Shown here: piece after piece, positions 55,801-62,550 of the stretch
Position numbering within the stretch: the first letter of the stretch is position 1
How the letters are laid out: the number at the start of each line of letters is the position of its first letter
Source of the DNA: an uncultured Chloroflexia bacterium
GTDB taxonomy: Bacteria; Chloroflexota; Anaerolineae; Anaerolineales; Anaerolineaceae
Assembly (NCBI GenBank): GCA_963701225.1
Contig: OY969578.1
Span: 1,496,871 to 1,560,870, forward strand
DNA length: 64,000 nt
Direction: 5' to 3'
Made by a program: the position numbers and the translations under genes
The notes under the pieces: generated by a model
The model's database searches: none
Seen by the model: only the letters and a program-made list of their open reading frames with translations
Told to the model about the DNA's origin: nothing

Positions 55801-56006
55801 CGTGTTTCCTCGTCGGGGTAGCCCTCGGCGTAGATATTCTGGAAGGATGAGCCGAGCGCTTCGCGCACCGCCAGCGGGGCGGTGGATTCGCTGGGGATGA
55901 GGATCAGTTTGCGGCGCTGGCGCTCGCTTTCGAGGCGGGTCAACTCGTCGACCGCCGGGTCGAGCTCAGACAACCTGTCGCGGATCAGGTAATCAGCCAT
56001 TTTCAC
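52875..56006 (-). CDS. fusion protein: serine hydroxymethyltransferase (N) - ~180-aa linker region - glycine-cleavage T/aminomethyltransferase (C)
   Basis: N-terminal part: ..[18 protein letters not shown]...YAEGYP.., ..[14 protein letters not shown].. (PLP Lys). C-terminal part: ..[46 protein letters not shown].. It is a single uninterrupted 1043-codon ORF. Confidence 0.85.
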   Translation of the reverse strand: [1043 protein letters not shown]

Positions 56007-56087
56007 TCCTGGTTAAATTGTAGTAGGGAAAATTGCGGGGATCTTTCAGATTAACAGGGTAATACCTTGTAACCATACCATTAAGGA

Positions 56088-56116
56088 ATTGTAAAGCAGG
56101 CTGGGGATAGGGTCAA
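56088..56116 (-). promoter_or_regulatory. sigma70-like promoter for the SHMT-GcvT gene
   Basis: On the minus strand: TTGACC (56116-56111), 17 nt, TACAAT (56093-56088). The leader is about 80 nt. Confidence 0.4.
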
Positions 56117-56211
56117 GGCTGAAAGGTAGTTTCTAACGATTTTGTAATCATAGCGGCCGATACTTCCCATAGCGGGTATTTCTTTACCCTCGTCCACTTT
56201 GAATGACACTG

Positions 56212-56246
56212 GAGAAAAAAAGGAGCCTGAGTTTTACTCAGACTCC
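56212..56246 (-). terminator. rho-independent terminator after the ECF-module operon
   Basis: On the minus strand: GGAGTCTGAG-taaaa-CTCAGGCTCC (one G-U pair) followed by TTTTTTT. Confidence 0.65.
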
Positions 56247-56268
56247 TTTTACTAGTTATGATCGATGT

Positions 56269-57123
56269 TTATTGATGCACCAGCTTGAGGCTGCCGATCG
56301 CCATCTCGACCAGGATGGTCAGTGTATGACCTTCGCCGCTGGCTTCGTAAACTTTGTTGCTCACCGTCCAGGTGCCGACAGGCGTCACGTTGGAGATCGC
56401 GCCGTTGTTGGTGATCACGGCATGCATGCCGGCCGGGATGATGATGGTAAGCGAGCTGACGCCCGTATGCACGATGACCGAGGCATCCTGGATGAGCGTG
56501 CCGGAGAAATCCAGCAGGTAATCACCCGCGCCGCCGTCGAAAGACATGCTGGTGAAATTGGCATTTGCCAGGCCGTACAGGCTGACCTTCGAGGCACCGG
56601 TGCGGTAGACCAGTTTTTCCATGGTCTCGGGGTTCGCGATGTTGAACTTGACATCGCCTTCGCTGGCGCCGTCGTTGATCTCGAGCCGGCGCAGCATCAA
56701 GCCGCTCAGGTCGAGCCGCCCCTTGTAGGCGCCGGCATTGACGGTCAGGTCGAGCGATACTTCGTTGCCGATCTTGAGATCCCAGTCGTTGATGACGTCG
56801 TTGCCGGTGAAGTTCCCGAACGATTTGCCATGCAATTGTGTTATGGTCAGCGAATTGGTATCAGTGGTGATGGTTGGCATCCAGTCGTTTACGTTGTAAT
56901 CGACCCGGCCGCTGAGCTTTTTGTCTGACGCGGGTTCGATGTTCAGCTTGCCGGCAGCCATCTCGATGGTCAGTTCGGTTACACCCGAACCGGCCGGCAG
57001 GGTTTCGTTAATATCCAATGTCTGGGTTGGCCCGGTCTGCACCGAGGGTACATTGACCGAGATGCCGCAGGCAAGCGTGCTTGCCAGTAGTACCATGGTA
57101 ACGAGGATGAGAGTTGGTTTCAT
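56269..57123 (-). CDS. lipoprotein with a beta-rich toastrack/DUF4097-like domain
   Basis: Lipobox (LLASTLAC) and repetitive beta-strand-like segments. It is the last gene of the sigma/anti-sigma operon. The family call is by eye. Confidence 0.45.
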   Translation of the reverse strand: MKPTLILVTMVLLASTLACGISVNVPSVQTGPTQTLDINETLPAGSGVTELTIEMAAGKLNIEPASDKKLSGRVDYNVNDWMPTITTDTNSLTITQLHGKSFGNFTGNDVINDWDLKIGNEVSLDLTVNAGAYKGRLDLSGLMLRRLEINDGASEGDVKFNIANPETMEKLVYRTGASKVSLYGLANANFTSMSFDGGAGDYLLDFSGTLIQDASVIVHTGVSSLTIIIPAGMHAVITNNGAISNVTPVGTWTVSNKVYEASGEGHTLTILVEMAIGSLKLVHQ

Positions 57124-57161
57124 TTTCTTTTCTCCAGTCTGGCGGGAGGACCCGCACGGAT

Positions 57162-58364
57162 TTATTTTGGTTTTACCGTCCGGGATGGTTTTTTGACCGC
57201 CGGTTTTGGTTTGGATTTGGTTACCGCGGGTGTTTTCGCGGCAGTTTTTGGTTTGGCTTTACTTAATGCCGGTGCTTTACCGGCGCTTGCCGATTTGGCA
57301 GCAGCCGGTTTAGTGACCTCAGGATAGAACGGTATGGGCTGCGAGGTGATTGCCGGAGCGTACGGTGTACCGGGTTCGACCGGTTTCATGGGCAGCGGGC
57401 GAGAGACGGGTGCTTCGGGGTAGTCGTGCGTTCCGAAACGGGTAGTCAGGACGCCACCCAGGGCAAACAACACCACCAGGGTGACCAGTGCCCAGCCGAA
57501 GCATGGAATCCAGCCCAGACCGAAGACTACGAAGTTGAAGACCAACGCACCGATGCCTGCGGCAATGGGTGCCGACCAGTTCACCTTGAACAGTTTTGCG
57601 AGGCGGTTGCCGACTTCCAGGTTGATGGCAGTCCAACCGAAGAGGATGGCTGCCAGCAGCAGTAGGAATCCCAACAGGCTGAGTGGACTCAGGATGATGG
57701 TTATGGCGACCAGCACCAGCAGACCCGGGGCGACGATCAGAGTCAGGCAACCGAAACCGCCTGTTCCGATCGGGTTCACCGCGATGGCGTTGGCGACCCG
57801 CTGTGTGGGTTTTGACCACAGCAATGCGATCAGCATTGCCAGGGCGGAGGTGAATACCACCACGCCGAGGAAGTAAATGACCTTCCACATCAGGCTGGCA
57901 GTTTCATACACCGGCACCACCGGGACGAGTTGTTCCCCGGGCAGTCCCGGGATGGTCAGGCTTAAGGGTGCGTGGGCGAAGTTCATTACCTCGCCTTTGA
58001 TCTGCGAGCCGGACGCGCGGGTCAGGCTGCCGCCGACCGAGACGACATCGCGATTCACGACCGCTTTGTCGCCCAGATGGGCAGAACCGCCGACGATCGC
58101 AAGTGTGCCGGTGATATTCCCATCGGCATCCAGAGTGCCGCCGATCAGGACGGTATCACCGGTTACGGTGGAGTTTTGTTCGAGGGTGACTGCGCCACCC
58201 AGGACGACCAGGTTGCCGTTGAGGGTTTCACCGCTCGAAAGGACAAACGTGCCGCCAAAGACGACTTTATCTTCCTGCGGACCGGAGGCTGTGAAAGCGC
58301 TGGTGGCAAGAGCTGCCACAAGCACCAGGCACAGCAGAAGGGTGATTTTTATGTTATGTTTCAT
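57162..58364 (-). CDS. membrane protein with a polymer-forming (bactofilin-like) repeat domain and a P/A/K-rich tail
   Basis: A signal sequence, ..GNLVVLGGAVTLEQNSTVTGDTVLIGGTLDADGNITGTLAIVGGSAHLGDKAVVNRDVVSVGGSL.., several TM helices, and the C-terminal ..KAKPKTAAKTPAVTKSKPKPAVKKPSRTVKPK. Confidence 0.5.
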   Translation of the reverse strand: MKHNIKITLLLCLVLVAALATSAFTASGPQEDKVVFGGTFVLSSGETLNGNLVVLGGAVTLEQNSTVTGDTVLIGGTLDADGNITGTLAIVGGSAHLGDKAVVNRDVVSVGGSLTRASGSQIKGEVMNFAHAPLSLTIPGLPGEQLVPVVPVYETASLMWKVIYFLGVVVFTSALAMLIALLWSKPTQRVANAIAVNPIGTGGFGCLTLIVAPGLLVLVAITIILSPLSLLGFLLLLAAILFGWTAINLEVGNRLAKLFKVNWSAPIAAGIGALVFNFVVFGLGWIPCFGWALVTLVVLFALGGVLTTRFGTHDYPEAPVSRPLPMKPVEPGTPYAPAITSQPIPFYPEVTKPAAAKSASAGKAPALSKAKPKTAAKTPAVTKSKPKPAVKKPSRTVKPK

Positions 58365-58897
58365 GCTTTTTCTCCTTTGGGCGCGAGGATACGTCCCAGC
58401 GCCAGGACCCAGATCAGACTCAGGATGCAGAAGACGGTTGTCAGGGAGATCCAGACTGCCAGTGGGATGACGAGAGGAATACCCATCAACACATAACCTG
58501 AGATCTGCCTGATACGCAACAGCGAAGCGACCAGAGACAGGCTGTTATTAACCAGTGAAGACAGGAGAGCCCCGATCGACAGGTTGGCAAGATCCGGCAG
58601 GATATGATAGATGTAGATCGCCGCTCCGATCGACAGACCGGAAATGATGATCGACCAGATCTGCCGGCGTTGGCGTGCTGCCTGCCGGGCAGGCAGGCTT
58701 GCCTGGAAACGTTCGGCAAACCCTGCCCGCGGTTGGACGCTCGGTGCCGTGTTGAGTTGATACTCAACCCGTGTCAGGTTGCAGGTCAGCTTGCTGCAGG
58801 GCTTGCAGGTTTTCAGGTGCTCCTGAAGCTGGTAATTTTGGGTTTTGTCGAGGGTTGCTCCGGAGAGCAGCCACATCTCAAAAGGCTGGTGACTCAT
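58361..58897 (-). CDS. anti-sigma factor (zf-HC2 type) with TM segments
   Basis: ..HLKTCKPCSKL.. is an HxxxCxxC motif. It lies downstream of and overlaps the ECF sigma gene. The start is taken at MSHQPFEMW (ATG 58897), whereas the track starts at 58939. Confidence 0.6.
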   Translation of the reverse strand: MSHQPFEMWLLSGATLDKTQNYQLQEHLKTCKPCSKLTCNLTRVEYQLNTAPSVQPRAGFAERFQASLPARQAARQRRQIWSIIISGLSIGAAIYIYHILPDLANLSIGALLSSLVNNSLSLVASLLRIRQISGYVLMGIPLVIPLAVWISLTTVFCILSLIWVLALGRILAPKGEKA

Positions 58898-59534
58898 AGC
58901 GTCTCCTTTCTGCGAGCGCCGTTGTATCGTAGCATTCATCGTAAGCGAGAGCCAGTTCGTGTCGAGCCCGGTGCAGCCGGCTTTTCACCGCGCTGACCGT
59001 CAACGACAACGATGTGGCAATCTCCACTTCTGAGAAATCGTACCAGTAGCGCATGACGATCGCTGCCCGATCCTGCGGTCCGAGCCTGTTGAGCAATTTG
59101 CGCATCTGCTGCTTTTCCTCACGTAACTTTGATGCAGCTTCAGGCGATAGACCTGGGTCGGGTGCATCCTCTTCAGGTAGCACATCGAGCGGGACCAGCT
59201 CGAGGCGGCGTTTCCGCAACTGGTCGATGCAGTAATGGGCGCTTATCGATAGCAACCAGGTTACGAATGACCTCTGGCGGTCGTAGCGCTTGAGATACTG
59301 CCAGGCACGCCAGAAACTTTCCTGGGCGGCATCTTCAGCATCTCCGGCATTTCCGAGCATGCGGTAGCACAGGTTATAGACCGGCGTCTGGTAGGTTTCC
59401 ACCAGGCGCGTGAAGGCATCATCGTTGCCGCTGATCGCCTGGTCGAGCCATTCGCTTTCCGGGTTTGCCACACTGCGCTCCTGAGTTTGGGTCGTTCTAA
59501 CCCTATCTACGCAAAAGGGTTGGATGGGTTGCAA
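58878..59534 (-). CDS. ECF-type RNA polymerase sigma-70 factor
   Basis: Region 2 (..AFTRLVETYQTPVYNLCYRMLGNAGDAEDAAQESFWRAW..) and region 4 (..VMRYWYDFSEVEIATSLSLTVSAVKSRLHRAR..). Confidence 0.85.
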   Translation of the reverse strand: MQPIQPFCVDRVRTTQTQERSVANPESEWLDQAISGNDDAFTRLVETYQTPVYNLCYRMLGNAGDAEDAAQESFWRAWQYLKRYDRQRSFVTWLLSISAHYCIDQLRKRRLELVPLDVLPEEDAPDPGLSPEAASKLREEKQQMRKLLNRLGPQDRAAIVMRYWYDFSEVEIATSLSLTVSAVKSRLHRARHELALAYDECYDTTALAERRRYESPAF

Positions 59535-59647
59535 AGCATATTTCCATGATTGGATCGAATGGGAATTGTAACCGAATCAAGCAAGGATTCCATGCGACCC
59601 CCTTGGGTGTCTCATACCATGGTAGATTTGGCTCGCGGGGATGGGAA

Positions 59648-60442
59648 CTAATCGATTATCTGGAGGCTATTGACCAGCATGCCGATGTATTCCTTCATGG
59701 CGTTGGTGGTCTGGGCCAGGCTGGAGGCGTTGGGCATGGCAGACATGATCATCTCCTGCCAGTTACCACCCCACAGGTCATTCCACACTTCCCGGGTGAC
59801 GGTGTAGTCGACCGGCGCCGGGATGACCTGGATGCCCTGGGCTGTGAAAAGTCCGACCGAGCGCGGCATGTGTATGGCTGAAGTGACCAGGATCACCTGT
59901 GTGATACCGCTGTCCTTGAGCATCCGGCTGGAATACTGCGCATCCTCGGCGGTGTTGGCAGAGTTGGGCTGCAGCCAGATCACCTCCCGGGGTATGCCCA
60001 GCATGTTGAGAAGCATCGCCATGTCTTCCGCCGGGGTGGTGGTGCGTGCATCCAGGCTGGGGACGTTCCCGCCGCTGACCAGGATGAAAGAAGCTTTGCC
60101 CTGCTTGTAGAGCTCGGCGGCATAGATCACCCGGTCTCCGGCGGCATTGACTTCGACCATCGGGCGCGGATACTGCGGTGATTCTGTCCCGCCCCCCAAC
60201 ACCACGATGACATCCGCCGCCGGTAGCGTCTGCGAGGGCAGGTAACGCCATTCGAGCGATTTTACGAGCGAAAGCGCTACATAACGTGTCGAACACAACC
60301 ACAGGACCAGGATTGCCAGTACGATGGCGAGCGTCTCGCCGGCCGAGCGCTGGCGCAGAAAAAGCGCCAGGATCATCAACAGCAATGCCAATCCGAGCGG
60401 ATAGACCAGAAGGGGCAGGAATTTTTCAATAAACAGTATCAT
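59648..60442 (-). CDS. YdcF/ElyC-family (DUF218) protein
   Basis: N-terminal TM helices, ..DVIVVLGGG.., ..ILVSGG.. and ..VILVTSAIHMPRS... Confidence 0.7.
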   Translation of the reverse strand: MILFIEKFLPLLVYPLGLALLLMILALFLRQRSAGETLAIVLAILVLWLCSTRYVALSLVKSLEWRYLPSQTLPAADVIVVLGGGTESPQYPRPMVEVNAAGDRVIYAAELYKQGKASFILVSGGNVPSLDARTTTPAEDMAMLLNMLGIPREVIWLQPNSANTAEDAQYSSRMLKDSGITQVILVTSAIHMPRSVGLFTAQGIQVIPAPVDYTVTREVWNDLWGGNWQEMIMSAMPNASSLAQTTNAMKEYIGMLVNSLQIID

Positions 60443-60466
60443 AGGGTTAAATAATATCGGGGTGGC

Positions 60467-61108
60467 TCAGGCGCCGAAGACCATCTCTTCCTTGCCGGCC
60501 AGTTTCTCCTGGATGTACTGAACGACCGTTTCGAGGTGTTTGGTTTTGTGGACGAAATCAAGGTCGTCGGTTTTGATGGTCAGGACGGGGCAGATGTCGA
60601 AGCTCTCCATCCACTCGTCATAGTAACTTTCGAGCAATGTGAGGTACTCAGCCGTGATGCCGGTCTCGATGTTGCGCGCCCTACGTTGGATGCGCTCCAT
60701 GAGGACGCGCACCGGTGCGCGCAGGTAGATCAGCAGGTCCGGTGCAGGCAGGTTCCTGACCACTAGCTCGAACAGACGCCGGTAAGCCAGGTAGTCGCGC
60801 TCATTCAGGTTGCCGAGGTGGTTCAGGGCGCGCGCGAAGATGTAGGCATCCTCGTAAATGGAACGGTCACAAATGGCGGAGACCTGGTCGCCCGCCAGTT
60901 CCAGGTGTTGCTCGGCGCGGTGGCCGAGGAAGTAGATTTGCAGGTGGAAGGACCAGGCGCGCATGTCCTTGTAGAAATCGGGCAGGTAGGGATTGTCAGA
61001 CACCGACTCGAACGCCGTGCGCCAGCCCAGACGCTCGCCGATGCGTTCGGTCAGCGAAGTCTTTCCGGCTCCAATATTGCCTGCCACCAGGATCAGTCGT
61101 TTTGGCAT
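60467..61108 (-). CDS. deoxynucleoside kinase
   Basis: P-loop VAGNIGAGKTSL, ..CDRSIYED.. (ERS-like) and ..RI..R.R..E.. lid motif. Confidence 0.8.
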   Translation of the reverse strand: MPKRLILVAGNIGAGKTSLTERIGERLGWRTAFESVSDNPYLPDFYKDMRAWSFHLQIYFLGHRAEQHLELAGDQVSAICDRSIYEDAYIFARALNHLGNLNERDYLAYRRLFELVVRNLPAPDLLIYLRAPVRVLMERIQRRARNIETGITAEYLTLLESYYDEWMESFDICPVLTIKTDDLDFVHKTKHLETVVQYIQEKLAGKEEMVFGA

Positions 61109-61171
61109 CTGGCTACTCCACTTAATGGATTGTTATTATAATGGATATCACGATATACCGACATTACAAAA

Positions 61172-61861
61172 TTGACAGGTGAACTGATGAATGCGATGCA
61201 GCAATTTGAATCCCATTTGACCTCCGGGCAGAAGAAAACGCTGGATTCGTTGACCAGCCCGGTGAAGATCCAGGCATACCTGGATGCCACCCCCTACAGC
61301 CCCGAGAACCAGAACCGCAACCCGCTGCGGGTGATGGACGACCACCTGGCGCACTGCCTGGATGGGGGGTTATTCGGGGCGCTGGGGCTGCGACGACTGG
61401 GCTACCCGCCTTTGATCGTCGACCTGCTGCCCGATCCGGACATGGATGATGACCATGTGTTGGCGGTCTTTAAAAAAGATGGCTGCCTGGGGGCGGTGGC
61501 GAAATCCAACTTCGCCGGTCTGCGCTACCGCGAGCCGGTCTACCGGACGATGCGCGAGCTGATCATGTCGTATTTCGAGGATTTCTACAACGTCAACGGC
61601 TTGCGTACGCTGCGCTATTACTCCGTAACAGTCGATCTGAGACGTTATGATGAAACAGGCTGGATGTGGGATGACCACGGCTGCGATGTGATCGAGGAGG
61701 CGCTCAAGCACCTGCGCAAGTTCCGGTTGATCAGCCCGGCACAGGCGAAGGCGCTGCACCCGATCGACCCGCTGTCGTACAAATCCGGCACGCTCGGTAC
61801 CAACCCGGACGGGTTGTATAAACCGAAAAAACAGGGTGCGTCAGGCCGGATAAAGGGATAG
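61172..61861 (+). CDS. transglutaminase-like cysteine-peptidase-fold protein (hypothetical)
   Basis: ..LAHCLDGGLFGALGLRRLGYP.. (Cys) followed by ..DDDHVLAVF.. (His). The call is by eye. An alternative start is ATG 61187. Confidence 0.45.
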   Translation: MTGELMNAMQQFESHLTSGQKKTLDSLTSPVKIQAYLDATPYSPENQNRNPLRVMDDHLAHCLDGGLFGALGLRRLGYPPLIVDLLPDPDMDDDHVLAVFKKDGCLGAVAKSNFAGLRYREPVYRTMRELIMSYFEDFYNVNGLRTLRYYSVTVDLRRYDETGWMWDDHGCDVIEEALKHLRKFRLISPAQAKALHPIDPLSYKSGTLGTNPDGLYKPKKQGASGRIKG

Positions 61862-61966
61862 ACTGACATGCAAAGTCGATCCGCGGAATATAATATGAAG
61901 AAGCGGCGAAAACGCACCATTCTACGAGAACAAACGAATGGGTTGTGTAAACCAATCAAATGAATC

Positions 61967-62001
61967 AAACCCTAAAGGTTTTTAAAACCTTTAGGGTTTT
62001 C
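61967..62001 (+). terminator. rho-independent terminator
   Basis: AAACCCTAAAGGTTTT-T-AAAACCTTTAGGGTTTT is a near-perfect palindrome ending in a T-run. Confidence 0.6.
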
Positions 62002-62015
62002 GGTAGGAGGAACAC

Positions 62016-62339
62016 ATGTCCGAGATCAGTACACTTTACAAAAGCATCTACGAGATTGCCGCTCAGGTGCCGTACGGCAAAGTGATCAGCTACGGCCAGA
62101 TCGCGCGCATGGTCGGTTGTGGCGCCAGGCAGGTGGGCTATGCCATGGCAGCCCTGAAAAGCGGCAGCCGCCCCGACATCCCCTGGCAGCGCGTGATCAA
62201 CAGCCAGGGCAAGGTCAGCGTCCACGGCGACGGGATCGGGAATGCCATGCAGCTGGAATTATTGAAAGGCGAGGGGGTTCGGTTTGACAGCGAAGGGCGG
62301 GTGGCAGGTGTCGAATTCTGGTGGATGGGGAAACCGTAA
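62016..62339 (+). CDS. MGMT-family DNA-binding protein, alkyltransferase-like (ATL) type
   Basis: ..VPYGKVISYGQIARMVG..ARQVGYAM.. with IPWQRVIN in place of the catalytic PCHRV motif. An AGGAGG RBS lies upstream. Confidence 0.8.
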   Translation: MSEISTLYKSIYEIAAQVPYGKVISYGQIARMVGCGARQVGYAMAALKSGSRPDIPWQRVINSQGKVSVHGDGIGNAMQLELLKGEGVRFDSEGRVAGVEFWWMGKP

Positions 62340-62406
62340 CGTTCAAGGTATTCAATCCTTAACTATAAAATTTTAGTCAGCTTCAAGGATCAGAAGCTAT
62401 TATTGA

Positions 62407-62435
62407 AAGCATAATCCACAGATTATGCTTGTTTT
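62407..62435 (+). terminator. rho-independent terminator
   Basis: AGCATAAT-ccacag-ATTATGCT followed by TGTTTTT. Confidence 0.65.
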
Positions 62436-62550
62436 TACCCCCTTTTTGAGCCTGTTTTTGAGCCTACCTATTATTAATATTAAGGTGATATCTATATATA
62501 TTGAAACCGGACAAAATCCATTCTATACTCATGGAACTCGGGAGGTTTGT

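Noticed and set aside
56007-56200. Glycine riboswitch upstream of the SHMT-GcvT fusion gene
   Set aside because: I read the minus-strand leader. It contains no GGAGAG...CACCG...GGGGCAA-type glycine aptamer core. Only a sigma70-like promoter and a ~80-nt unremarkable leader are visible.
61895-61963. 22-codon basic ORF (MKKRRKRTILREQTNGLCKPIK) followed directly by a strong terminator
   Set aside because: It has no SD. The only promoter-like TATAAT abuts the ATG, so a transcript from it would start downstream of the ATG. I recognised no ribosomal-protein or known small-protein family. It is most likely a chance ORF in the 3' UTR of 61172-61861.
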